DNA of 64,000 nucleotides from an uncultured delta proteobacterium (GTDB lineage Bacteria; Desulfobacterota; Syntrophia; Syntrophales; UBA2185): NCBI GenBank assembly GCA_963695875.1, contig CAVOID010000003.1, positions 320,001 to 384,000 of the forward strand, read 5' to 3'. Shown piece by piece: positions 53,728 to 64,000 of this stretch (position 1 is its first letter; each line of letters starts with the position of its first letter). The notes under the pieces were generated by a model. It saw only the letters and a program-made list of their open reading frames with translations, ran no database searches and was not told where the DNA came from. The position numbers and the translations under genes were made by a program.

Positions 53728-55673
53728 ATGGGACTCATATGGATCAATGAGGTTTCGGTCAGCTTCGGCGGGCCGCGACTGCTGGACGGCGTTACGCTCC
53801 AGATCGAGGCAGGCGAAAGGATCGGACTCCTGGGCCGGAACGGCTCGGGCAAGTCCACCCTCATGAAATTGCTCATGGGCGATATCACCCCGGATACCGG
53901 CGGGATCATCCGAAGCGGTGAGGTCAGAATCGCCATGTTGCCCCAGGATATTCCCGACGACCTGCCGGGGACGGTCTATGATGTTGTGGCCTCCGGCGGC
54001 CCGGAACACCTGGAGCTGCTCCGGGAATACCACGATCTCACCCTGCAGATGGCCCGGAGCGGCGATGACGGCCTGCTGAAAAAGCTCGAACGGGCTCAGC
54101 ACCGGCTGGAAACATCCGGCTCCTGGCTTTATCATCAGCGGGTGGAAACAGTGATCGCCAGGACCGACCTGGATGAGAATGCCGAGTTCCGGTTTCTGTC
54201 GGCGGGGACAAAACGCCGGGTTTTTCTGGCCAAGGCCCTGGTGAACGACCCGGACCTCCTGCTCCTGGACGAGCCCACAAACCATCTGGATATCAACGCC
54301 ATCCTCTGGATCGAGGAGTTCCTCCTGAAGTTCGAAAAGACCCTCATGTTCGTGACCCATGACCGGGCGTTTCTCCAGCGACTGGCGACACGCATCGTGG
54401 AAATCGACCGGGGCCGCCTGATGTCGTATCCCTGCGATTACGGCTACGTACCTCGAACGCCGGCAGGCCGTGCTGGAGGCGCAAGAGAAGCAGTGGCAGG
54501 AATTTGACAAGAAACTGGCCAGGGAAGAGACCTGGGTTCGGCAAGGGATCAAGGCCCGTCGCACACGGAACGAGGGACGGGTGCGGGCGCTGGTGCAGAT
54601 GCGTCAGGAGCGGGCACACAGGCAGGAGCAGGCGGGCAATGTCCGGCTGACGATCCAGGAGGCGGAGCGCAGCGGTAAATTGGTTGCGGAAGCGGAAAAG
54701 ATCAGCTTCGCCTTCGACGATAAAAAGATCATGGAAGGGTTCTCCACCGTTATCATCCGCGGCGATAAGGTGGGCATTATCGGGCCCAACGGCTCCGGCA
54801 AGACCACGCTCCTCAATATCCTTCTCGGCAACCTTGAACCGCAGCAGGGCAGGGTCCGCCTGGGGACCGGAGTCCGGATCGCCTACTTTGATCAGCTCCG
54901 CGCCCAGCTCGATGAAAACAGGACACTGAAGGATACTATCGCCGACGGCAACGACATGGTCATCGTAAACGGCGTCTCGCGGCATATCGTGGGTTATCTC
55001 CAGGATTTCCTTTTCCCACCGGCACAGATCCTGTCACCGGTCAGCTCTCTCTCGGGCGGTGAACGCAACCGCCTCCTTCTGGCGAAGCTCTTCATCCTCC
55101 CCTCCAATGTCCTGGTCCTGGATGAGCCTACCAACGACCTCGATGTCGAAACGCTCGAACTCCTCGAAGACCGGCTCCTGGAATACAGCGGCACGATCCT
55201 CCTGGTCAGTCATGACCGGGCGTTCCTCAATAACGTGGTGACCTCGACGATTGTCTTCGAAGGTGACGGGCGACTTCAGGAATACGTCGGCGGTTATGAC
55301 GACTGGCTCCGGCAGCGGACGGTGCGGGATGAGCCGCTCCCGACGGCGCCGAAGGAACAGAAACAGAAGAAGGACAGACCCCCGAAAGAGAAGCAGAAGC
55401 TGTCCTATAAAGAGACACGGGAGATGGAGGCGTTGCCGCAGAAAATCGAAGCACTGGAGGAGGAGAAGCGGCGCCTGATGGAGACCCTGAATTCTCCCGC
55501 ATTCTATGTCGGCAGAGACGCGGTTGAAATAAACAAGGCCTATGACCGTCTTGGAGGTACTGGAAGAGGAACTGGATGAGGCCTACGGGCGCTGGAATGA
55601 ACTGGAGAACCAAGCGGCGAAATTGAAGCTCTCCGCAGCAAGCTGCGAAGAATCTCCGATCCTCAAGGAATAA
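53728..55673 (+). CDS. uup: ABC-F family ATPase, Uup-like, apparent frameshifts
   Basis: GRNGSGKST, LDEPTNHLD, GIKARRTRNEGRVRAL, GPNGSGKTT, LSGGERNRL, KLSYKE; visibly GC-rich. Confidence 0.9.
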
Positions 55674-55739
55674 TAATATTCCCCATTCGCTCGCTTACCC
55701 CGCGGCGAGCCACGGGGAATGCGCTCGCTACCGGATTCA
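55621..55739 (+). repeat. Miniature element family A inserted in the uup 3' end
   Basis: Direct copy of 53272-53389. Confidence 0.9.
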
Positions 55740-55771
55740 GTGGCGAGCCGGGGTGATGGAGGGAATCCTGA

Positions 55772-56023
55772 ATGAGCGAATCATGGATGACCTATCTCCT
55801 TCTTTGCGCCGACGGGAAGTTATACTGCGGCACCACCAACGATATCGAAAAGAGGCTGGATGCCCACAACCGGGGGATTGCGTCCAGATATACCCGGGCG
55901 CGGCTGCCCGTGACGCTGCTGGCGACAGGCAGGCCCATGGAAAAGGCAGAGGCCTTCCGCCTGGAATGCAGGATCAAGCGGCTCCCGAGAGAAAAGAAAC
56001 TGGCGGCGCTGAAAGAAGGCTAG
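55772..56023 (+). CDS. GIY-YIG nuclease, UPF0213-like
   Basis: YLLLCADGKLYCGTTND...RLDAHN...YTRARLPV...E; GGAGG RBS. Confidence 0.9.
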   Translation: MSESWMTYLLLCADGKLYCGTTNDIEKRLDAHNRGIASRYTRARLPVTLLATGRPMEKAEAFRLECRIKRLPREKKLAALKEG

Positions 56024-56087
56024 CTAAACGGGTCAAGACAACTGCCCCCTTTTTCCCTTTCTGGTTTGTGCGAGATAGGACATTCAC

Positions 56088-56337
56088 TGCAGGGGTGCGT
56101 CTTCCCGTAATGGGTGCAGGGCTCAAGATTTACATAGATTGTCGCACCCTCTATTGTTTCAGTAGCATGATTGATGGCATTGATTTCGGCGTGGTTGTCT
56201 CCGAAATTTTGATGATACCCCTCTCCGATTATCCGGTTTTTCTTCACGATGACGACTCCCACCATGGGGTTAGGACTGACCCATGCTTCTCCCTTTTTTG
56301 CCAGCTTGAGGGCACGCCTCATGAAGAATTCGTCCAT
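56088..56337 (-). pseudogene. ribD: Truncated duplicate of the ribD 5' end
   Basis: About 250 bp nearly identical to 49957-50206; similarity stops after HYGKTHPC. Confidence 0.9.
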
Positions 56338-56547
56338 AGTGACACAATCTCCAATCGATGAATATACTGCACCTTATACCATGCCTGTCACGGATGCAAA
56401 GGGTGAATCGCAAAAGAATGTTTCTGTTGTTGAGTGGATTTTTATGTGATATAGGGAACGCGGTCGCTGTCAGTTGCAGGCTTACTATTATTGTTTCAAT
56501 GGGTTGAACGGGCAACACACCCGTCCAACCAAAAAGGAGAAAGAGGA

Positions 56548-57276
56548 ATGAAGGGCGTCGTTTTAGCGGGAGGTTTGGGCAGCCGGATGTATCCCCTCAC
56601 AAAGGTTACGAATAAGCACCTCCTTCCTATTTACAATGAACCTATGATCTACTATCCCATAAAGACATTAGTGAATGCCGGCATTGATGAGATCCTGATT
56701 GTTACGGGCGGGAATAATGCCGGTGAATTTCTCAGGCTGCTTGGAAACGGTAGTGAATTCGGTCTCAAACATCTCAATTATACCTATCAGGAGGGTGAGG
56801 GTGGTATCGCAGCAGCACTGAATCTTGCGGAGCACTTTGCCGACAACGGGAAGATTGTTGTTGTTTTAGGAGATAATATTATTGAGAAGAACATCGGGAA
56901 AGCCGTTGAATGTTTTAGAAGGCAGAAGGAAGGGGCAAGAATGATTCTGAAAGAAGTGCCTGACCCCCAGAGATTCGGCGTTCCCGTTTTTGATGGAGAC
57001 CATATTATCCGTGTTGAAGAAAAACCGGCCAAACCTGCGTCGCACTATGCCGTTATCGGTATTTACATGTATGACAGAAGAGTTTTTGATTTTATCAAAA
57101 CCCTTAAGCCATCCCAAAGGGGGGAACTGGAGATTACCGACGTTAATAATTTTTATATCAATGAAGGGAAAATGGATTGGGATATCCTTGACGGCTGGTG
57201 GAGCGACGCGGGTACGTTTGAATCCCTCCAGTATGCAGGAAATATGGTGGCGAAGACGGGAGCGAACAAGTTATGA
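56548..57276 (+). CDS. Sugar-phosphate nucleotidyltransferase, short RmlA/SpsI-like
   Basis: LAGGLGSRMYPLT, KHLLP, PSQRGELEITD, WSDAGT. Confidence 0.9.
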   Translation: MKGVVLAGGLGSRMYPLTKVTNKHLLPIYNEPMIYYPIKTLVNAGIDEILIVTGGNNAGEFLRLLGNGSEFGLKHLNYTYQEGEGGIAAALNLAEHFADNGKIVVVLGDNIIEKNIGKAVECFRRQKEGARMILKEVPDPQRFGVPVFDGDHIIRVEEKPAKPASHYAVIGIYMYDRRVFDFIKTLKPSQRGELEITDVNNFYINEGKMDWDILDGWWSDAGTFESLQYAGNMVAKTGANKL

Positions 57277-57728
57277 TTAAAGGAGTCATGGTCAAAAAGC
57301 TGAAGGTCATACCGGATGAGCGGGGCAGATTGATGGAGATACTGCGTGTTGATGACGAGATGTATAAAGGATTCGGCCAGGTATATATGACAACCGCTTA
57401 CCCGGGAGTAGTGAAGGGCTGGCATTATCATAAAAAGCAGTTCGACAATATGGCTGTTGTGAAGGGTATGATGAAGATAGTTCTTTATGACGGCAGACCG
57501 GATTCGTCAACATACGGTGAAATAAATGAATTCTTTGCAGGTGAGTATAACCCTGTCCTGGTGCACATTCCACCCTACGTTTATCACGGGTTCAAGTGCA
57601 TTTCCAGGGAAGAAGCAGTGGTTGTCAATACCCCTACGGAAGTATACAACTATATGGAGCCGGACGAATTTAGGGTCCATCCGCATGATAACGATATACC
57701 TTATGAATGGGACCGGAAAGACGGCTGA
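57273..57728 (+). CDS. dTDP-4-dehydrorhamnose 3,5-epimerase family (RmlC-like)
   Basis: DERGRLME, KGWHYH, IPPYVYHGF. Confidence 0.9.
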   Translation: MIKGVMVKKLKVIPDERGRLMEILRVDDEMYKGFGQVYMTTAYPGVVKGWHYHKKQFDNMAVVKGMMKIVLYDGRPDSSTYGEINEFFAGEYNPVLVHIPPYVYHGFKCISREEAVVVNTPTEVYNYMEPDEFRVHPHDNDIPYEWDRKDG

Positions 57729-57770
57729 TGGCAGTGCAACTTATGAGACAATAGTGTAGATAAGGTTTTC

Positions 57771-58538
57771 ATGGACTTATTCTGGGGGATTTTTTTGACT
57801 GTTGCTGGCGCTGCCATTGGGAGTTTTCTCAATGTCTTAATCTATCGAATTCCCGAAGGTCAATCCATCATCTTTCCATCTTCCCGCTGCCCGAAATGCA
57901 TGCACAGCATCAGGTTTTACGATAACATTCCCATAATCAGTTACCTTGTTTTAAGAGGAAGGTGCAGGGACTGCCAGGAAAAGATTTCTCTAAGGTATCC
58001 CTTTGTGGAAGCGATTACGGCCCTTCTATCAATGTTCTTATTCTGGAAATTCGGTCTCAGCACTACATACCTCTTTTCGTTTATATTTACATGTGCATTG
58101 ATTGTCATCACATTCATTGACCTCGATCACCAGATTATCCCTGATGTTATTACACTGCCGGGGATACCCATTTTTTTTCTGATTGCAATTTTCTTTATGG
58201 ATATTCCCTTCATGGAGGCGCTCCTGGGGACTCTAATCGGCGGCGGATGCCTCTTTGCCATTGCTTTCATATATGAACGCATAACAAAGAGAGAAGGAAT
58301 GGGTGGAGGGGATATCAAACTGTTGGCTATGCTCGGAGCTTTTTTAGGATGGAAATCATTGTTTTTTATTCTGTTTGTCAGCTCTTTGTTGGGTGCTGTT
58401 GTCGGTATTTCAGTGATGATAGTCAGGGGGAAGGACATGAAATATGCAGTACCTTTCGGCCCGTTTTTATCCATCGCTGCCGTTGCCTATCTCTTTGTGG
58501 GCATTGATGTTATGAATTTCCTATATTTCCGCTATTGA
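57771..58538 (+). CDS. pilD: Prepilin peptidase
   Basis: GSFLNVLIYRIP, SRCPKC, GRCRDC, FIDLDH, GMGGGDIKL, PFGPF. Confidence 0.95.
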   Translation: MDLFWGIFLTVAGAAIGSFLNVLIYRIPEGQSIIFPSSRCPKCMHSIRFYDNIPIISYLVLRGRCRDCQEKISLRYPFVEAITALLSMFLFWKFGLSTTYLFSFIFTCALIVITFIDLDHQIIPDVITLPGIPIFFLIAIFFMDIPFMEALLGTLIGGGCLFAIAFIYERITKREGMGGGDIKLLAMLGAFLGWKSLFFILFVSSLLGAVVGISVMIVRGKDMKYAVPFGPFLSIAAVAYLFVGIDVMNFLYFRY

Positions 58539-58592
58539 TGACTTCGTAAAAATCCGTATGCTGCGTTCCAGTTCATTTTTCATCAAAATGTC

Positions 58593-58621
58593 TTGACTTC
58601 AAATTCGTATAAATATACTGT
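58593..58621 (+). promoter_or_regulatory. Putative sigma70 promoter
   Basis: TTGACT-17 bp-TACTGT (or TATACT with a 15-bp spacer). Confidence 0.5.
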
Positions 58622-58931
58622 ACCACGCAATCCAAGCGGTGAATCGGGGTAGATAGTTAACTATCACGGTAGCATGGATCAAATACTGTTCAATCTGCTC
58701 ATGGAGAGACAACTGTCAGAAAAGGTCCAATGTTTCTATTAATTCCCCAGGACATGTTCATTGTCCGCAAGGTATGAGAGGTCTTGCCATCAAGGACAAA
58801 GACATTGATGAGGTAGAAAAAAGTCACTGAGTGGATCGTAATTGCAGAAGGGAGTGAATGGCCTGTATATGTATGGCAATTCGTAACCTGCTCGCTAATT
58901 GGCTTTTAAATCCTGTTACGTAAATACTGAG

Positions 58932-58956
58932 GTTGGCCATATGGCCAACTTTTTTT
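58932..58956 (+). terminator. Intrinsic terminator upstream of argS
   Basis: GTTGGCC-atat-GGCCAAC-TTTTTTT. Confidence 0.85.
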
Positions 58957-59054
58957 AATAGTACGAACCATCTTTTTTGTCCATTGTTACACTTGTGTTA
59001 AAGGGAAGTTTGGATGATGACGTATTTTCCTCAAGATGGTCAATGCGAGGATGA

Positions 59055-60725
59055 ATGAAGCACAGATTGCAAATTTTATTGGGAAACGCCGTAAAAGCCT
59101 GTCTTGATAAAGGGTTAATAGAGGCAGAAGTGATTCCCTCAATAGAAATTGACATACCTAAAGATGCAACTCACGGTGACTATGCCTCCAATGCGGCGAT
59201 GGTCCTGGCGTCCCGTGCAAGGACGAAATTGCCTCCCCGCAGGATTGCAGAGTTCATTACTGAAAATATCCGGGATAGTGAAGATTTTCTTGAAAGGGTT
59301 GAGGTTGCAGGTCCCGGGTTTATGAACTTTTTTATAAAAGAAAATGTGTGGGCTACTTTTCTTGAAGATGTCGACAAACTGGGGGATCGTTACGGTGCTT
59401 CCGAGTATGGAAGAGGTGAAAAGACCCATATTGAATTTGTGAGTGCCAATCCCACAGGGCCTCTTCATATAGGCCATGCCCGGGGAGCTGTTGTTGGTGA
59501 TGTAATTACGAACATTCTGGCGGCATCAGGGTTTGCAGTTTTTCGTGAGTATTATATCAATGACGCGGGCAACCAGATGAATAACCTGGGGAAGTCTGTC
59601 CTGTTCCGCTATCTAAATCTCCTGGGTGAAGATATTGAGTTTCCTGAAGGTTGTTATCAGGGGGACTACATCAAAGATCTGGCCAGAGAGATTATTGATA
59701 AAGAGGGAAACATCTATCGTGCGAAGAATAAGGAAGAAGTCCTTCGCATTTTTACCGATTATGCTGCAAATGCAATTCTGAATGAAATCAAGGAGGATTT
59801 GAAATCCTTTGGTGTAGTTTTTGATAATTACTTCAGCGAGAGAAATCTTTATGAGGACGATCAAGTAGGGAAGTTGCTTACTGAACTTGAGGAAAAGCAA
59901 TTCATATATCGTGATGGGGAAACCATCTGGTTTAAAACTAGCGATTTTGGAGATGAAAAAGACAGGGTTGTTGTCAGGAAGAATGGAGAACCAACCTATT
60001 TTGCTGCTGACATAGCCTACCATCAGAATAAGTACGTTCGCGGTTTTGATACGCTTATAGATATATGGGGGGCAGATCATCACGGGTACATACCCCGGAT
60101 GGTCGCGTGTGTTGAAGCTCTTGGCTACAAAAAAGATTCTCTAAAAATTGTTCTGGTTCAGCTCGTGAATCTCCTGCGGGATGGGAAACCTGTCCCTATG
60201 TCTACACGTACCGGTGAATTTGTTACGCTAAAGGAAGTGGTGGATGAAGTGGGAAAAGACGCGGCAAGATACAATTTTCTCATGAGAAGGTCAGATAGCC
60301 ACCTTGATTTCGACCTGGAGCTGGCAAAAAGGCAATCAAATGAGAATCCTGTCTATTATGTGCAGTATGCCCATGCAAGGATATGCAGCATCTTGCGAAA
60401 CGCCGATGAACAGAAGCAAAAAATCCCTAGGTATGATGAGGTGGATTTGCACCATCTGAAACTTCCTGAGGAGGTTAATTTGATTAAGGCCGTCACCAGG
60501 TTTCCTGAGGTAATTGAAGGTGCTGCACTGGCCTTGGAACCTCACCGTCTGACCTTTTACCTCAATGATCTTGCGGCGCTTTTTCATAGTTACTACAACA
60601 AATACAGAGTGTTATCTGATGATGAGGGGCTGAGCAGGGCCAGGCTTTTTTTGATAAAATCCATTCTTACCGTGTTGAAAAATGCCTTAAGATTACTGGG
60701 TGTCTCAGCACCAGAGCGAATGTAG
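59055..60725 (+). CDS. argS: Arginine-tRNA ligase
   Basis: [47 protein letters not shown]. Confidence 0.97.
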   Translation: MKHRLQILLGNAVKACLDKGLIEAEVIPSIEIDIPKDATHGDYASNAAMVLASRARTKLPPRRIAEFITENIRDSEDFLERVEVAGPGFMNFFIKENVWATFLEDVDKLGDRYGASEYGRGEKTHIEFVSANPTGPLHIGHARGAVVGDVITNILAASGFAVFREYYINDAGNQMNNLGKSVLFRYLNLLGEDIEFPEGCYQGDYIKDLAREIIDKEGNIYRAKNKEEVLRIFTDYAANAILNEIKEDLKSFGVVFDNYFSERNLYEDDQVGKLLTELEEKQFIYRDGETIWFKTSDFGDEKDRVVVRKNGEPTYFAADIAYHQNKYVRGFDTLIDIWGADHHGYIPRMVACVEALGYKKDSLKIVLVQLVNLLRDGKPVPMSTRTGEFVTLKEVVDEVGKDAARYNFLMRRSDSHLDFDLELAKRQSNENPVYYVQYAHARICSILRNADEQKQKIPRYDEVDLHHLKLPEEVNLIKAVTRFPEVIEGAALALEPHRLTFYLNDLAALFHSYYNKYRVLSDDEGLSRARLFLIKSILTVLKNALRLLGVSAPERM

Positions 60726-60743
60726 GTATAAAAGAAGAAATAA

Positions 60744-61409
60744 ATGACATCTAAGAATGTTCACACATTTGAACTCAAGCTGGGTAAAAGGGCATTGATC
60801 CTGTTCATCATAGGGATATCCTGTTTGCTTTTTTTAGTTTTTCTTTTTGGTGTGACGATCGGTAAAAATATTGATACCTACCCTGAAAAGTTTGCACGTG
60901 GTATTCCGGGCATGATTAAAGAAAAACTCGGCTGGACGTCAAACAAGACAGAAACGGCTGAGACTGTTAGTGAGCCGTCGAAGGAATACGCAAAGGCAGT
61001 GGGTGATGAGAAAGTTGCGGAAGAAAAAAATATAACAGGATCTGTCGTGACTGACAAAAAACAGCCTGCGATTCAGGCCCTGGTATCAACACAAGAAAAA
61101 AAGCCGACTTTATCGTCTGCCGCCGAACAGGCTAAAATAAAACCACCTCACGTGGATGAAAAATATCTGATTAACGTTGTTTCTTTTAAAGAAAAAGGTA
61201 AGGCCGACCATCTATGTAAGAAACTGACAGACCTTGGGTTTACACCCAGGATAACCGAAGTAGAGTTGCATGAAAAGGGGAAGTGGTTTCGTGTTACCCT
61301 AGAAGGTTTCGATAGCCGGGAACAGGCCCAAAAAGTGGTAGATACTGTGAAGAAAAAGATTAAAGGACTGGACTGTGCAGTTCATAAAATGGGAGTAAGA
61401 AATAACTAA
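60744..61409 (+). CDS. SPOR-domain membrane protein
   Basis: N-terminal TM; C-terminal YLINVVSFK...WFRVTLEGF; follows argS. Confidence 0.8.
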   Translation: MTSKNVHTFELKLGKRALILFIIGISCLLFLVFLFGVTIGKNIDTYPEKFARGIPGMIKEKLGWTSNKTETAETVSEPSKEYAKAVGDEKVAEEKNITGSVVTDKKQPAIQALVSTQEKKPTLSSAAEQAKIKPPHVDEKYLINVVSFKEKGKADHLCKKLTDLGFTPRITEVELHEKGKWFRVTLEGFDSREQAQKVVDTVKKKIKGLDCAVHKMGVRNN

Positions 61410-61437
61410 GATCAATGAATGCTATGATTGGTGAATC

Positions 61438-62775
61438 ATGTTTGAAACTTTGACGGGAAGACTCGAAGATGTATTTAAAAAACTCAAGCGCAGAGGCCGC
61501 CTTGATGAAGAAAATATTTCTTCTGCCTTGAAAGAGATACGCATGGTCCTTCTCGAAGCGGATGTCAATTTTAAGGTTGTTAAGGACTTCATAGAGGAAA
61601 TCAGGGTCCGGGCAGTTGGTCGGGAGGTTTTGGAAAGTATTACGCCCGGTCAACAGGTTGTGAAGATCGTCCATGACAGGCTTGTAGATTTACTGGGCGG
61701 GAAGAGCAGCCAGCTGAAGCTTGCCAATCGGTTTCCTGCCCCCTTAATGCTGGTCGGTCTTCAGGGATGCGGCAAGACTACGACGGCAGTAAAACTTGCA
61801 CAGTTTCTCGTCAATCAGGGCAAGAGGGTCTACCTCGTCTCCTCAGACGTTTACAGGCCGGCAGCCATTCATCAGTTGAGAGTGCTTGGAGAAAAGATAA
61901 AAGGTGTGGGAATCTATACTTCCGTTAATGTACATGATCCGGTCAGAATGTGCGTCCAGGCAGTTGATGAGGCAAGGAGCAGCGGCTATGAAGTGGTTAT
62001 CATTGATACTGCCGGGAGGCTTCATATAGATAATGAAATGATGGACGAACTGAAACGGATCAAGGGTGCAGTCAATCCATCGGAGATTCTTTTTGTTGCA
62101 GATGCCATGACGGGCCAGGACGCTGTGAATGTAGCGGGTAAATTCAATGAACTTCTTGGCATTGATGGTGTTATTATGACCAAGATGGATGGGGATGCGA
62201 GGGGCGGTGCAGCACTTTCCCTGAAAGCAGTTATCGGTAAACCCATCAAGTTCATAGGTGTCGGTGAAAAAATGGATGCTTTGGAGGTTTGTCATCCAGA
62301 ACGTCTGGCTTCACGGATTTTAGGTATGGGTGATATCCTGACCTTTGTGGAAAAAGCACAGGCTACAGTCGACGAAAAGCAGGCACGTGAGCTAGAAAAG
62401 AAAATCAGGAAAAATGAATTCACCCTTGATGATTTTCGGGACCAATTGAAGCAGATCAGGTCGATGGGCTCTATTCAAGATATTGTCGGGATGATTCCAG
62501 GATTAGGAAAGCTCAAGGCACTGGCAAATGCGACACCTGATGAGAAGGAACTGGTAAAGACCGCTGCTATAATCGACTCTATGACAAGAAAAGAACGTCT
62601 GAACTATCTGATAATTGATGGTCAGAGGAGAAAAAGGATCGCCAGGGGAAGCGGAACGACGGTACAGGATGTTAACAGATTGCTGAAAAATTATGCGGAG
62701 ATGAGAAAAATAATGAAGAAGATGACAACCAAGGAAGGAATGAAATTATTACGCAGGGGTAATTTACCCTTTTAA
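61438..62775 (+). CDS. ffh: Signal recognition particle protein
   Basis: [45 protein letters not shown]. Confidence 0.97.
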   Translation: MFETLTGRLEDVFKKLKRRGRLDEENISSALKEIRMVLLEADVNFKVVKDFIEEIRVRAVGREVLESITPGQQVVKIVHDRLVDLLGGKSSQLKLANRFPAPLMLVGLQGCGKTTTAVKLAQFLVNQGKRVYLVSSDVYRPAAIHQLRVLGEKIKGVGIYTSVNVHDPVRMCVQAVDEARSSGYEVVIIDTAGRLHIDNEMMDELKRIKGAVNPSEILFVADAMTGQDAVNVAGKFNELLGIDGVIMTKMDGDARGGAALSLKAVIGKPIKFIGVGEKMDALEVCHPERLASRILGMGDILTFVEKAQATVDEKQARELEKKIRKNEFTLDDFRDQLKQIRSMGSIQDIVGMIPGLGKLKALANATPDEKELVKTAAIIDSMTRKERLNYLIIDGQRRKRIARGSGTTVQDVNRLLKNYAEMRKIMKKMTTKEGMKLLRRGNLPF

Positions 62776-62875
62776 TTAAAGATAAAAATAAATTATAATA
62801 AAAATTCATGCAGATTATGATAAGATCTTTTTATAATATATAACAATAATTTTCAGGAGGTGATTGTTAACAAGA

Positions 62876-63129
62876 ATGGCAGTAAAAATAAGGTTGGCGC
62901 GGCTTGGTGGAAAGAGCAGGCCCTTTTACAGAATTGTGGTAGCTGATTCCGAATCTCCCAGGGATGGCAGATTTTTGGAAATAGTTGGAAGCTATGATCC
63001 CCAATAAAAATCCGGCAGAAATTATCCTTGAAAGAGGAACGCGTAGTCGATTGGCTTTCCAAGGGAGCCATACCTACTTTGACGGTATCTCAGATGCTTG
63101 TGAAGAAAGGAATCGCAACGAGGACATAA
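62876..63129 (+). CDS. rpsP: 30S ribosomal protein S16, one apparent frameshift
   Basis: [42 protein letters not shown]. Confidence 0.95.
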
Positions 63130-63236
63130 TTGGCATAATTGGGGTCGCATGTTAAATTTTACATTGATGGTTTTACGGTTGAAGTCGATATTACTAATGG
63201 GTGTCACTGAATAAGTAATCAGTGGAGGTTGTGACG

Positions 63237-63467
63237 ATGAAAGAGTTGATCAAGTACATAGCTCAGTCTTTGGTTGATAACCCTGATTTAGTGGAGGTGT
63301 CCGAGGTGCTTGGCGAACAGACTTCTGTGATCGAACTGAGAGTTGCGAAAGAAGACCTGGGTAAAGTTATCGGCAAGCAGGGAAGAACCGCAAAAGCCAT
63401 GAGAACTATTTTGAGTGCGGCATCAACGAAACTTCGTAAGAGGGCTGTTTTAGAAATTATCGAATGA
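63237..63467 (+). CDS. khpA: KH-domain RNA-binding protein
   Basis: [17 protein letters not shown]. Confidence 0.9.
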   Translation: MKELIKYIAQSLVDNPDLVEVSEVLGEQTSVIELRVAKEDLGKVIGKQGRTAKAMRTILSAASTKLRKRAVLEIIE

Positions 63468-63472
63468 ACTCG

Positions 63473-63979
63473 ATGGAGTTCTTTGAAATTGGGAAGATCG
63501 TTAAACCCTGCGGTCTCAGGGGTCGAATGAAGGCGGTGTCTGTATCTTGAGTCGGATGGACACTACTTCAATCCCTTGATGAAGTATATGTAAGACAGGA
63601 AAGAGATGAACCAAGGGCCCTTCAAGCTGAAGGCTATCCGGTAGGAGAGAAAAATTTTTTTCGTGGACATTGAAGGCGTCGAAGATTGCGAAAAGTGCGA
63701 ATGCTTTTGCAGGCTGTCAGGTGCTGATCCCTGTAAATAAGCTAAAGAAATTGCCCGAAGACGAGTATTACTGGCGGGACATTATAGGTCTTAAGGTCGT
63801 TACGGAAGAGGGTCAAGTTCTCGGTGTAATTGAGTCTATATTTGCCCACGGGGAGTAATGATGTTTACGTCTGCCGCGGAGGAGAAAGGGAGATTCTGCT
63901 TCCCGGTATTGCCGATGTGATACGTAAGATTGATATTGAGCAGGGAATGATGGTTGTGAGACTGCTTGAAGGGTTATAG
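63473..63979 (+). CDS. rimM: Ribosome maturation factor, apparent frameshifts
   Basis: IGKIVKPCGLRG, LPEDEYYWRDIIGL, GSNDVYV. Confidence 0.9.
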
Positions 63980-63985
63980 AAGATC

Positions 63986-64000
63986 ATGATCAGGTTTGAT
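63986..64000 (+). CDS. trmD: Probable start of tRNA (guanine-N1)-methyltransferase
   Basis: MIRFD right after rimM; call rests mainly on gene order. Confidence 0.6.

Overview
A 64 kb bacterial chromosome segment. Gene content and order suggest an anaerobic Desulfobacterota/deltaproteobacterium (inference). Many genes, including essential ones (dnaG, rpoD, rpsP), are broken by 1-bp indels that look like long-read errors. Core blocks: KimA-like transporter, membrane pyrophosphatase, liv-type ABC operon with paaK, his genes, yqeY-dnaG-rpoD-tRNA(CAT), RNase H and rnpB, nucleotide-sugar genes, hemL, ribD, argS, ffh-rpsP-khpA-rimM-trmD. Most interesting: (1) an MglA/MglB polarity locus where MglB lacks its C-terminal helix while the next gene carries four 69-aa repeats with a look-alike helix, next to a DUF4388/roadblock-like trio and a riboswitch-led GAF-PilB ATPase; (2) an integrase-less three-attC cassette array with two attI-like heads; (3) an rpoD whose region 4.2 helix-turn-helix is heavily substituted; (4) a PIN-nuclease cassette between 24-bp inverted repeats, inside a block bounded by a duplicated ribD 5' end; (5) two families of two-hairpin miniature elements; (6) two candidate non-coding RNAs. 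No CRISPR array or rRNA was seen. All family calls are by motif recognition; no searches were run.
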